From a virus, in IMG/VR virus record IMGVR_UViG_3300019360_000007, positions 19,088 through 83,087 of that record: DNA of 64,000 nt; one strand, 5' to 3'. Made by a program: the position numbers and the translations under genes. Position 1 is the first letter of the stretch. Each line of letters begins with the position of its first letter. Under the pieces are notes generated by a model. The model was given only the letters and a program-made list of their open reading frames with translations, made no database searches and had not been told where the DNA came from. Shown one piece after another: positions 46,697-55,513 of this stretch.

Positions 46697-46966
46697 ATCC
46701 GACGACTCTGCGCTGGGCGGACGACGCGTACAGGAACTCGTCCTCGACTTCGCGAGGAGGAGCGAATCCTCCTCCCGCGTCCCACGCCTCGACCAGCTCG
46801 ACGTCGGTCGGCTCTCGCCGGTCTGCTCGACCCTCCCCGCGACACGCTGGGCACCTCGCGAGAGAGAGAGCAGCGTGGACTCCAGCCATCGTGGGCAGCC
46901 GGCGGGCACGACCATCACGGTGCCAGACCCGCGGCACGTGTGGCACGGCGCAGGGACCGTGGCCAT
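46689..46966 (-). pseudogene. DnaJ-type zinc-finger gene frameshifted at a (CT)5 tract
   Basis: CHTCRGSG and CPACRGEG lie in different frames; removing one CT at 46861-46870 joins them into a 91-aa ORF. Confidence 0.65.
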
Positions 46967-47030
46967 CTCATGACGGAGGTGGAGATAGCCAGACAAGCGG
47001 CGCGACAGGTTCGATCCGGGTACAACGAGC

Positions 47031-47297
47031 ATGGTGGAGGACGCGGACAACCCCTGCCTGACGTGCGGTGCGTGCTGCGGACCCGTGCTACAGCTGCGCG
47101 GCGTGGTCCGCAGCGACGGAGAGCCGTGCGTCACCCACCGTGGCCGCGTCATGTGCTCGGGGCTGCGCGGGAACGTAGGAGTCCACGTGTCGTGCTCGAT
47201 CTACGAGCATCGCCCAGAGGCGTGCCAGATGTTCCAGCCCGGCTCAGCGGCGTGCAACGACGCGCGGAAGATGCACGGCCTCGGTTCGCTAACCTGA
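47031..47297 (+). CDS. YkgJ-family CxxCxxCC cysteine-cluster protein
   Basis: NPCLTCGACC...CSIYEHRPEACQMF. Confidence 0.85.
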   Translation: MVEDADNPCLTCGACCGPVLQLRGVVRSDGEPCVTHRGRVMCSGLRGNVGVHVSCSIYEHRPEACQMFQPGSAACNDARKMHGLGSLT

Positions 47298-47519
47298 GCT
47301 GTCGTCGGTCTCGTCGTCCTTTCCCATGTGCCGACCATTGGGGAGGAGCGACGACGGCAAGACACCTCCGCTCCGTGTCTCCTCATAGCGGGCGCAGCGA
47401 GCGAACTCCGACGAACAGTAGGCCCCCAGCCAGTACCCGAGGGCCTCTCGCTCTCTCAGGATGGGAAACAGCGAGCACCTGCCTCGGACGGGACAGAGAC
47501 CGGGATCCTCGTCGCTCAT
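47289..47519 (-). CDS. Small Cys-rich hypothetical protein
   Basis: CP..CSLF..YC..CARY..LLPNG pattern. Confidence 0.65.
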   Translation of the reverse strand: MSDEDPGLCPVRGRCSLFPILREREALGYWLGAYCSSEFARCARYEETRSGGVLPSSLLPNGRHMGKDDETDDSSG

Positions 47520-47523
47520 GGCC

Positions 47524-47712
47524 TCATCTGCGGGTGCCGAAGGCGAGCTTGGAGTTGAGCCACCTGCGTCGCTGTTCGCAGGATCCGCACGTCCTCATGC
47601 CGACGGCGCCCGTCACCTTCCTGACGACGTCACCGGCTCCGATCTGCCGGATCGGGAGCGGGACGACGACCTTGGATGGCTGGCCGGGCTTCGACTTGTG
47701 GATGCAGGCCAC
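47524..47712 (-). CDS. Small phage protein (GAGDVV..CGSCEQRRRWLN)
   Basis: Resembles a common small phage family, GxGD..CxxC.RR..LN. Confidence 0.65.
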   Translation of the reverse strand: MACIHKSKPGQPSKVVVPLPIRQIGAGDVVRKVTGAVGMRTCGSCEQRRRWLNSKLAFGTRR

Positions 47713-47781
47713 GATGTTCCTGTAGAGAACTACGCCATAACCGAGCCACCGAGAAGGCCGCCGACCGCATCCGCAGAACCG

Positions 47782-48147
47782 TCACTGCAACGTCTCAGTT
47801 CCCCCCTCGACCTTCCCGAACCGCTCCAAAGCGAAGATCCTGCGACGATAGTAAAGGGCCATGGGTGCCGCCGTGCGGTAATGCGGATTAGGAAGCAGAA
47901 GGTCGGGTTCGATCCGCGAGATCTCGCTCAGACGCCAGCCACGTTCGCGAAGTTGCTTTTTTGTGAAGTGTCCGTTGCACCGATTGGGACACAAGTGGGC
48001 CGTGTAGCCTCCTCGTCTCGCCCACTCCTCTCCACACTCCAAACATCTGTAAACCTTCGCGTCACGCACAATCTGTTGCAGACGCAGCTCCCTATCATCA
48101 GGAACCTTCTGTGGCCCGAAAGGGATGTTCTTGCGGTCCCCGTCCAT
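47782..48147 (-). CDS. Zinc-ribbon hypothetical protein
   Basis: ATG 48147 after GGGAGAGG; YRCLECG..CPNRC. Confidence 0.55.
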   Translation of the reverse strand: MDGDRKNIPFGPQKVPDDRELRLQQIVRDAKVYRCLECGEEWARRGGYTAHLCPNRCNGHFTKKQLRERGWRLSEISRIEPDLLLPNPHYRTAAPMALYYRRRIFALERFGKVEGGTETLQ

Positions 48148-48203
48148 CGTCGTGTGCCTCTCCCGAAATGCGGAGTTCGTCGGATGCCCGGACAGCGAGC
48201 TGT

Positions 48204-50522
48204 CTACCCCACCTGGACCTCGCCAAGGAAGGCCGCCAACCTGGTCCGCACGGCCTCGCGATCCCCATTCACCTCGGACTCCCAAATGACCAGGCACTCA
48301 AGCCCAACCTCGGCGTACGCGGCCACCAGCTCGGACTCGTGCTCAAAAGGCGCCTTCCCCGTGAACATCCGCGAGTGCCAAAAGTCCCCGAACGCCTCGA
48401 CGACCTTGGTGACTCCCTTCCTCGGTTTCTTCGGATCGGGTCCGGGCAAGATGAAGTCCGGGTTCTTGAAGTGACCGAGCTTCGGAAGCCAACGCCAGAA
48501 TTTCCGGTCACCCGTGTACCGCAGCCGGGACTCCAGCGAGGCCACCCGACGCTCAAGCCCGTTCGGACCGAACTTCGTGGACTCGCCCATCTGATAGAGG
48601 AAGTAGGACGCGTAGTCCCTGTCTTGGAGCGGATGCGTGATCCCGTAACGCTCAAGGAGGTCCTCTTCGGAAGCAGCAGGAGGATCGGGATCTGAGAACA
48701 TCTTACCAACCTTGGAGAGGCAGGTGCGGATGGTCTTCTCTTTGATTTGCGGGGCTTCTTGGACAGTCGGAACGCCATACCTCTCCAAGCAGGTGGCAAC
48801 CACCTTCGCCATGATCTCCGGGCTCTGAAGCGGGCTGTCAACGCCATAGCGTTCTTGGCAGGTCTCTCTGCGCCTTTCCAGGAACTCGGCGAGCTGGAGC
48901 GGGTGCGTGACCCCGTACTTGGCCACGAATCGCTCGACCTGCTGTTCCCAGAACCCCTCGACCTGCGCGTAGTAGTCCACGCCGTACTTGGCCTGCATCC
49001 CCTCGATCACGCGACGCTTGCCTTCCTCAGAAGCGAAGAAGTGCGAGCCATAGTTCGCCTCCATCGTTTCGAGTTGCTTGCGCCTCACGTCAGGAACCAT
49101 CGCCGTCCACGAGACACCGTAACATTCAAGGTTGGTCTGGCGCTGCCTCTCCACGACCTCGGGCGAACACGACGGAGCAGGACCCCCGTAACGCTCCTCG
49201 TTCGTTGCCACGATCTTCTCCCGAATCTCGGGGGCAGCCAGAGACTCCTCGTGCCCGTAACGCTCAAGATTCGTCGCCCTGGTGCGAGCCCGAATCTCAG
49301 GCACCTGTTGCGGGTTCTCGGCCCCGTAACGCTCGCGCATGGTGTCTCGAATCTTCTCCTGCACCTCGGGCTGCGCAAACGGGTTGTCCTCGCCGCGGAG
49401 TACAGGTCGTTTCCCTTCCAAGGACGCCTGCACATCGTCGAACAGATTCGACTCTCGGGCAAACACACTTTCGGCTCCGTAACGCTCAAGGTTCGTGGCC
49501 GATGCCTTGGCCCGAACCTCGTCCGACTGCATCGGGTTCTCCACGCCGAACCTGTCCAGATTCGTTCGCAACCTTCTGGCTCTGGCAACCGCGTCTGCGT
49601 CCCTCGTCTGCCAGACCACACAGATTCCCTGATGCCGCTTCATCTGCGTCAAGCTCGTGCTCTCATGCCCACACAAGCACGGCTCCGGGCCTTGCGTATC
49701 AGGCCATCCCTCGCAGATGGCCTTGTGACGACTCGTGACCTTCGTGAATGCCTCGTCGCAGTGAGGGCAGATCTCGTAGGCACCTGACGCGATCAGATCT
49801 TCACGATGCAACCGTTCTCGTTCGGCACGCTTCCTCGCCAACTCCAAGTACCACGCCGGAGAGTGGAGGAAAGAGGATGCCCCGTGGCGCGCAGCGTTTG
49901 TCTGCTCCATGCGTCTCCTGATTCTTGGCGCCTGTTGCGGATTCTCGACCCCGTGACGCTCAAGATTCGTCGCACGGATCTTGTCCTTGATCCCCTCGGA
50001 CGCGAACACGTTCACTACTCCGTATCGCTCAAGGTTCGTCTCAGCACGACGTTGCTTCACCCCCTCAGCCTGGAGGTGATGCTCGACTCCGTACTTCTCT
50101 CGAGAAGCCTGGCGTGTCCTCTCCTTGACTTCCTCGCTCTGACCAATGTTGTCCACTCCATACTTGGCCCGCGTGGTCTCCACACGCTGGGCCTCGGAGC
50201 CCTTGGCCACCACCGGAGCCCCAGGGAACTTGGCCTCGTAGTGGCTCCGAGTCAGGCCGTTATGGAGGCGCTTGAGGTGGTCCGCTAGACGCTTCACGCG
50301 GACCTCTGTGCCTCCCGCGTGGCAGATCCGGCATGACACGTAGTCCTGGCCCTCGACCTTCCCAGGAGCCCACAGGCCGCGCTGGAAGTGCCGGTCGAAG
50401 TCGAACTGCGAGGGGGGAATCCCGATCACTGTATCCCACGCAGAACAACCGTTCGTGTGCTTCGGAATAGCTTTCGGTGACGAGAGGATCTTCTGGCAAG
50501 CGGGGCAACAGAGTTCGGGCAT
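48204..50522 (-). CDS. Homing endonuclease: Zn fingers, about 17 NLERYG-type repeats, C-terminal Vsr-like nuclease
   Basis: TNLERYGVEN-type repeats; NPDFIL..VVEAFGDFWH..LVIWESE; start ATG 50522 (or 50534). Confidence 0.8.
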   Translation of the reverse strand: MPELCCPACQKILSSPKAIPKHTNGCSAWDTVIGIPPSQFDFDRHFQRGLWAPGKVEGQDYVSCRICHAGGTEVRVKRLADHLKRLHNGLTRSHYEAKFPGAPVVAKGSEAQRVETTRAKYGVDNIGQSEEVKERTRQASREKYGVEHHLQAEGVKQRRAETNLERYGVVNVFASEGIKDKIRATNLERHGVENPQQAPRIRRRMEQTNAARHGASSFLHSPAWYLELARKRAERERLHREDLIASGAYEICPHCDEAFTKVTSRHKAICEGWPDTQGPEPCLCGHESTSLTQMKRHQGICVVWQTRDADAVARARRLRTNLDRFGVENPMQSDEVRAKASATNLERYGAESVFARESNLFDDVQASLEGKRPVLRGEDNPFAQPEVQEKIRDTMRERYGAENPQQVPEIRARTRATNLERYGHEESLAAPEIREKIVATNEERYGGPAPSCSPEVVERQRQTNLECYGVSWTAMVPDVRRKQLETMEANYGSHFFASEEGKRRVIEGMQAKYGVDYYAQVEGFWEQQVERFVAKYGVTHPLQLAEFLERRRETCQERYGVDSPLQSPEIMAKVVATCLERYGVPTVQEAPQIKEKTIRTCLSKVGKMFSDPDPPAASEEDLLERYGITHPLQDRDYASYFLYQMGESTKFGPNGLERRVASLESRLRYTGDRKFWRWLPKLGHFKNPDFILPGPDPKKPRKGVTKVVEAFGDFWHSRMFTGKAPFEHESELVAAYAEVGLECLVIWESEVNGDREAVRTRLAAFLGEVQVG

Positions 50523-50523
50523 C

Positions 50524-50540
50524 CGTGCTAGCATAGCACG
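50524..50540 (-). promoter_or_regulatory. Hairpin containing an extended -10 (TGcTATGCT) just upstream of the endonuclease ATG
   Basis: CGTGCTA-TGC-TAGCACG-G-ATG. Confidence 0.55.
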
Positions 50541-50581
50541 ACAGAAAACTGAAGGAAGTCACTGCGATGTGAGAAACCTCA

Positions 50582-51475
50582 CTAAACGAAACTCCTAGGT
50601 GAAAGAATCCCCCGGCCGACCGCGGGTCCAAAGGAGGACCTCACCCCGAAACCAAACTTCGGCTGCTGCAGGCCACGGATGAACTTGACGGTCCTCGACT
50701 TCGCCTCGGTCGCCTTGTCGAGCTGGCCCTCGGCGTTGCTCTTGAGAGACTCGTACTTGCTCGACTTCTCCAAGCTCAGCGAGATCCCGCCGATGGAGTA
50801 GTCGAACTCGTCGTGTACCCAGTTGACGCTGAGGGCGAACAGAGCATGCACCGCGGCTGCCCACAGGATGAACGTCCTCCACACAGGCTTTCGGGCGCAC
50901 AGGTCGTTGAGCGTCCTGATGCCCTCCGTCTCGGGGGGGAAGGCGTTGAACCAGTCCAGTCCCATCTGCAGATAGCAGAGCAGCTCGTAGTCCTCCCAGA
51001 TGTACCCGAACACGCGGTTGTACTTCTTAACCACGCCCTCCTGCTCGGGCGGGCGGAAGTGGTAGTTGCGATCCGGAGAGTTGCTGACGACGGCCTTGGA
51101 ACGATGGAGCACGAAGTTGTGCCAGTCCTCCGCCGTCAGGTCGTACATGTGACGCCGGTCTTCGATCCGCCGCACGACGAGAATACAGGGGCTTCCCACG
51201 GTTTCCTTGAAGACACCGAGGACGGCCTGTCCAGGGTGTAGCTTCTCCATCTCAACTTTCTCCGTGGGCGACACGAAGACGCGATGGCCTCCCGTGAGGA
51301 CCATGGACCCATGCTCGGTGGTTGCCTCCCAGATCGACTCCGAGATCACCTCGGCCCGGTGGGCGGCGAGAATCCGTTTCCAGCGGAGAGCCCCCTCGGG
51401 AGAGACCGAACGCACGCGGAGTTCTCCAGCTTGAAACGCGGAGTGCAGCTTGGCTTGGGTCTCAGCAGAGAGCAT
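50582..51475 (-). CDS. Split neck/head-tail adaptor gene, C-part: IntC (132 aa) plus C-extein
   Basis: RBS GGGAGG; intein block B LTGGH, block F MYDLT..HNF, block G VVSN/S at 51080. Confidence 0.85.
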   Translation of the reverse strand: MLSAETQAKLHSAFQAGELRVRSVSPEGALRWKRILAAHRAEVISESIWEATTEHGSMVLTGGHRVFVSPTEKVEMEKLHPGQAVLGVFKETVGSPCILVVRRIEDRRHMYDLTAEDWHNFVLHRSKAVVSNSPDRNYHFRPPEQEGVVKKYNRVFGYIWEDYELLCYLQMGLDWFNAFPPETEGIRTLNDLCARKPVWRTFILWAAAVHALFALSVNWVHDEFDYSIGGISLSLEKSSKYESLKSNAEGQLDKATEAKSRTVKFIRGLQQPKFGFGVRSSFGPAVGRGILSPRSFV

Positions 51476-51605
51476 CCCGTAGCCCTCCCCTCTCGGTCCA
51501 GACGTGAAAGGACCAACGGGGGCGCCCCTTCTTGGAGAACACCTCCCAAGAGATGTCGTGCTTGCGCAGGAAAGGCACGAGCGCGCAGTGGGGGTCACTG
51601 AACAT
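51462..51605 (-). CDS. 47-aa ORF between the intein halves (possible endonuclease remnant)
   Basis: MFSDPHCALVPFLRKHDISWEVFSKKGRPRWSFHVWTERGGLRDALC; GGAGG upstream; overlaps both halves. Confidence 0.4.
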   Translation of the reverse strand: MFSDPHCALVPFLRKHDISWEVFSKKGRPRWSFHVWTERGGLRDALC

Positions 51606-52104
51606 CCTTCAGAGCCTCCCACAAGTCGTCCATACGTACAATCATCCGTTCGCCGTCCACGTCCAATTCAATGGTTTCCTCGGCTCCAACACAGTTGTCC
51701 CTCAACATCACGCGGAGCTTGTCCACGAGCCCGGCTTCGCAGCTCGAGAGCAGGGGCTGTCCGTCCGTACACGCCGCCGGGTCGCTGACCCCGAACTCCT
51801 GCACGACTTCCTGGAACTCGTCCATGAGCGTCTTGCGGAACCTCCACCTGATCCGGTACTCGCCCGCGGAGGCGCCGGGAGGCACGAGGAGCGCCGCGTA
51901 GTACTCGCCGATGGACGGATTGACGGGCACGCGATCCATGGGTCCGATGAGGACCTCGACGCCCGGAGGACCCATGCTCTGGTCCACGAAGAAGATGGAG
52001 TAGAAGATCTCAGCGGCGTTCATCGGAACGCCGAGCTCGTCGACCAGGAAGATCTTGAGGTCGTTGCGGCCTAACTCGGTCCCAGGGGGGAAGCAGACGG
52101 CCAT
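51595..52104 (-). CDS. Split neck/head-tail adaptor gene, N-part: N-extein plus IntN (32 aa)
   Basis: ...LRVMLRDN/CVGAEETIEL..VRMDDLW (intein block A), then a stop. Confidence 0.85.
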   Translation of the reverse strand: MAVCFPPGTELGRNDLKIFLVDELGVPMNAAEIFYSIFFVDQSMGPPGVEVLIGPMDRVPVNPSIGEYYAALLVPPGASAGEYRIRWRFRKTLMDEFQEVVQEFGVSDPAACTDGQPLLSSCEAGLVDKLRVMLRDNCVGAEETIELDVDGERMIVRMDDLWEALKDVQ

Positions 52105-52108
52105 CGGC

Positions 52109-52672
52109 TCACAGCCTCACGTCTCCGAGGTCGAAGTCCTGGTCGTCGGCGAGGGGAACCTCCTCGTCCGCGGCGGGTGCACCGAGGTTGCGTATGTCGT
52201 AGGGTGGATCATCGTCCACTTCCTCGGACTCCACTTCCTCGTCGGCGTTGATCACCTCGACCTCGACTCCGGCGTCGTTCTTGACCTTGACCCCCACCTC
52301 GCTCTTGAGCTTCACGGCATCGTCGTCCGCACCGCCGGTGAGCGTCTCCCTGGTCCTCCGTCCCCACTCGTCCAGGACGGCCAAGAGATCGTTGAGATAC
52401 TGGGAGTCGCCCTGGTCGATGGACTTGTAGCTGATCAGGCGCGTGTAGACCTGGTTCTTCGCGCGGAACGCCTGCTCGATGGCAGCCTTCGTGGAGTCGC
52501 ACAGCTCGTCCACGGTCGAGGGACTCGAGACGCCCTCCTCGATCTGCGGAAGGATCTCTCGCTCCACGGCCTCCCTCGCGTACGAGGACACGAGCAGGGC
52601 CTCCTTCGCCCGCTCTTCCGCGACGTGGCGCTGGACGATGTCGTTCCCCGATATCAGCTCGTCCAGACGCAA
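52109..52672 (-). CDS. Acidic-tailed hypothetical protein
   Basis: TTG start after GGGGAG. Confidence 0.7.
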   Translation of the reverse strand: MRLDELISGNDIVQRHVAEERAKEALLVSSYAREAVEREILPQIEEGVSSPSTVDELCDSTKAAIEQAFRAKNQVYTRLISYKSIDQGDSQYLNDLLAVLDEWGRRTRETLTGGADDDAVKLKSEVGVKVKNDAGVEVEVINADEEVESEEVDDDPPYDIRNLGAPAADEEVPLADDQDFDLGDVRL

Positions 52673-52673
52673 C

Positions 52674-52931
52674 CTAGTCTCCCCTGCCCTCGTGCGTGAG
52701 GGCCTTCATGACCTTGATCTCGTCGGCATAGGTCAGCGCCGGCACCTTGCTTGAGCGGTTGTAGTACTGGTCGCGCAGGTCCCTGACGCCGTCTCCATCG
52801 TTCTCCTCGAAGACGAAGAACACCCTGCCGCCCTCCCTCTGCGTCCCGAGGAGCTTCATCCCGGCGACTTTGAGGTAGGCGGCGTAGTACATGTCGGAGG
52901 TCCGGTACCCGCTCAGCTTCTCGTCTGTCAT
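52674..52931 (-). CDS. Small DUF5659-like protein
   Basis: YRTSDMYYAAYL..G..L....GRVFFVFE (family recalled from memory). Confidence 0.75.
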   Translation of the reverse strand: MTDEKLSGYRTSDMYYAAYLKVAGMKLLGTQREGGRVFFVFEENDGDGVRDLRDQYYNRSSKVPALTYADEIKVMKALTHEGRGD

Positions 52932-52953
52932 CGTCACATCTTCCTTCTGTGAA

Positions 52954-53001
52954 GTCTGACCGTCCCCGTGCGGGGAGGAAGGTGGGCGCCTCGGCGCCCA
53001 C
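52954..53001 (-). promoter_or_regulatory. 9-bp GC hairpin followed by conserved bulged-hairpin element, copy C
   Basis: GTGGGCGCC-GA-GGCGCCCAC then CTTCC-TCCCC-GCAC-GGGGA-CGGTCAGAC. Confidence 0.6.
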
Positions 53002-53004
53002 GAG

Positions 53005-53691
53005 CTAGAGCACCGTGCCGGTCTGCGAGTAGACGACGATGGCGGCGCCCATGGTGCCGGCGTAGGTGAAGGTCGCGCCCTTCATGAGCGAGAGGTTCCC
53101 GTACGTGTTCGACACGATGAACCCGTCGTTGTCGTAGATCTGCCGGTACGTCGTGTCGTCGAAGGTCCCCACGCGACCCGCGAAGGCCCCCGCTCCGTCG
53201 GAGAGGAGCGAACCGGCCGCGATGTTGTAGACGTGGCCGGCGAGGATGCTCAGCACCTCTGCGACGGATCCGGTCGAGCCTCCCGCGTCGATCGTCGTGC
53301 CGGCGAGAGCTCCGGCACCGACCAGGATGGCCGCGATGGCGGCCGAGTCCAGGACGGCCCCGGCCTGTGCCGCGACGATCGTTGCCGCCGCAGCCGCATC
53401 GGCGATGGGCGGGGTCAGGGCCGGGCCACCGGGAGCCGCGCCCTGATCGACGTTGCCGATGTAGTAGGCGGCGAGACCCGTGAGGTCGGCCGTCGCCGAG
53501 AGTGGAGGGCCGGGGGCGACGAACGGCGTGATCGCCGGGCTCGCGGCGATGTTGCGGACGTAGCCCGTCTGGCCTCCCTGCGTGTTCGGCGTGTAGATGT
53601 AGTTGCGGTTCGACGTGTTCGGCTTGAGGTCGACCTGCTGGAGCACCCCGTCGGGGATGTCGGTGCGGCGCATCACGAGGAAGACTTGCAT
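53005..53691 (-). CDS. Virion protein, paralog 3 of a tandem triplet
   Basis: RTDIPDGVLQ..DLKPN.S.RNY; AIVVY..GT.L. Confidence 0.8.
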   Translation of the reverse strand: MQVFLVMRRTDIPDGVLQQVDLKPNTSNRNYIYTPNTQGGQTGYVRNIAASPAITPFVAPGPPLSATADLTGLAAYYIGNVDQGAAPGGPALTPPIADAAAAATIVAAQAGAVLDSAAIAAILVGAGALAGTTIDAGGSTGSVAEVLSILAGHVYNIAAGSLLSDGAGAFAGRVGTFDDTTYRQIYDNDGFIVSNTYGNLSLMKGATFTYAGTMGAAIVVYSQTGTVL

Positions 53692-53703
53692 GGTCCGGTC
53701 TCC

Positions 53704-54768
53704 TTACGGGGTGAAGATGGTTCCGTCGTCGTTGTAGACGACCACGGCCTCGCCGTTGGGGCTCCCCGCGACGCCCGCGTAGACGAATCCCGAGTCGAGG
53801 AACCCGGCGAGCTCGCCTCCCGCCACGGAGAGATTGAGCGCGCCCGTCGGGAAGATGTCGCGGAGAGTGCCCGCGACGAATCCCGGACCGTTCGGAGCGC
53901 CGACGTTGGGGACGACGTCGAAGACGCCGCCCGCCGTCTCGATCTGCGTGTCCTTCGGAACCTGGTAGATCCGCCCCGCGAGAACGTCGAGGAGGTCGGA
54001 GAGCTGAGCCGCGGTGATGGACGCGGTGGCGACGACGGCCGCGATGACGACGTTGACCGAGGCCAGATCCGCGGCGACCGCCGGCAGCGTGAGATCGCCG
54101 AACCTGATGATGTCGTCGAGGATGTCGGTGGCGATGGTGTTCGCCTCGAGGGCCGTCAGCGCGGCCGCGTCCGCGCCGCCCGCGAGCGTCGCACCCGATG
54201 GGGTGATGTTCGCCGACATATCGGCGAGGGTGATCGCGTTCGACGCCGCGCCTGGCTCGACGGCCGTGATCGTCACGACGGCGGCCGCCACGGTGCCCGT
54301 CACGTAGGGTGTGAGGCCCAGGGCGGGATTGTTCAGGATCACGTTGAAGTTGCCAGCCGTCGCCGAGTTCGTCGTGCCGATGAGGACCTCCGTCGGCAGC
54401 ATCGGGGCGTCCCGGAAGGTGAACGTCACCGTAGGACCCCCGACGGGTCCCGTGCCGACGGTGATCGTCTCTCCGTCCGCCACGGCGGCGGGGCCGAACG
54501 TGAAGGTCCCGGACGCGAACGCGCCCGTGCCGTCGCTGACGTTCGTGATGATCCACGCAGCGAGACCCCTGATGGGGCGGAAGATCGACGGTCCCGCCGC
54601 CCCCGACGGGTCGTAGACCACGACCGTGTCGTTCAGGACCGGATCGACGTACTTGGTCTGGCCCGGAGGATCGACCACGTAATTGCGCAGGGACGTGTTC
54701 GGCTCGAGGTCGAGCACCTGGAGCGTCCCGGCCGGGATGTCGTCGCGCTTGAGGATGATGTACGGCAT
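53704..54768 (-). CDS. Virion protein, paralog 2, carrying one intact copy of the sheath repeat module
   Basis: Same termini as its neighbours plus an insert ASGTFTF..DGETITV..SGATLAGG (54175-54519). Confidence 0.8.
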   Translation of the reverse strand: MPYIILKRDDIPAGTLQVLDLEPNTSLRNYVVDPPGQTKYVDPVLNDTVVVYDPSGAAGPSIFRPIRGLAAWIITNVSDGTGAFASGTFTFGPAAVADGETITVGTGPVGGPTVTFTFRDAPMLPTEVLIGTTNSATAGNFNVILNNPALGLTPYVTGTVAAAVVTITAVEPGAASNAITLADMSANITPSGATLAGGADAAALTALEANTIATDILDDIIRFGDLTLPAVAADLASVNVVIAAVVATASITAAQLSDLLDVLAGRIYQVPKDTQIETAGGVFDVVPNVGAPNGPGFVAGTLRDIFPTGALNLSVAGGELAGFLDSGFVYAGVAGSPNGEAVVVYNDDGTIFTP

Positions 54769-54789
54769 CTTCTGGTCTCCTTGGGCTCG

Positions 54790-55461
54790 CTACAGGAGGG
54801 TCCCGTCGTCGTCGAGCACGACAACGGCCGGCCCGAGCACGGCGTTCCACTCGAAGTCGGGACGCTTGCAGTTGAAGAGATCGCCCGCGCCGTTGGAGAC
54901 GTTGAAGGCTCCCGTCTGCAGCACGAGGCGCGTGTGCGGGGGCATCTCGAAGCTCCCGCGCGGACCCGGCACGAACGCATTGGCGCCGTCCTCGATGGTG
55001 CTTCCGCCGGGCAGCATGTACTTCGCACCCGCCAGGATGGCGAGGACGTCGGCGAGGCTGCCCGTCGAGTTACCTGCCGTGAGGTTCGTGCCCGCTCCCG
55101 CTCCCGCGGCGACGAGCTCCGCGGCCACATCGGCGAAGGTCACCGTCTGCCCTCCGCGGGCCCTGCCGATGATCTCGGCCGACGCCGTGTTGGCGATGGC
55201 GGCGGTCAGGGCCGGCGTGCCGACGGACTGGTCCTCGACATTGTCGATCAGGTAGGCCGCGAGGCCGCAGTAGTCCCGGACGGTGAGGATCGGGCCGGCG
55301 CCCGTCGTGGCCACGGTCTGGTTCTCCGGGACCTGGCGCACGTACCCGCTCTGACCGGGAGGATCGTAGATGTAGTTGCGCTGGCTGTCGTTGGGCCAGA
55401 GGTCGTCGATCTGCAGGACCCCGTTCGGGATGTCCGCGCGACGCATGATGATGTACGGCAT
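54790..55461 (-). CDS. Virion protein, paralog 1
   Basis: MPYIIMRRADIPNGVLQ..; RBS GGAGGA. Confidence 0.8.
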   Translation of the reverse strand: MPYIIMRRADIPNGVLQIDDLWPNDSQRNYIYDPPGQSGYVRQVPENQTVATTGAGPILTVRDYCGLAAYLIDNVEDQSVGTPALTAAIANTASAEIIGRARGGQTVTFADVAAELVAAGAGAGTNLTAGNSTGSLADVLAILAGAKYMLPGGSTIEDGANAFVPGPRGSFEMPPHTRLVLQTGAFNVSNGAGDLFNCKRPDFEWNAVLGPAVVVLDDDGTLL

Positions 55462-55513
55462 GTCGTGGTCCTCCGTGGTCCCAGGGGAAGCGCTCTGTCG
55501 ATCTGGCGTCCCT

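Noticed and set aside
48700-50200. CRISPR-like periodic DNA repeats
   Set aside because: These are degenerate in-frame NLERYG protein repeats, not repeat-spacer units.
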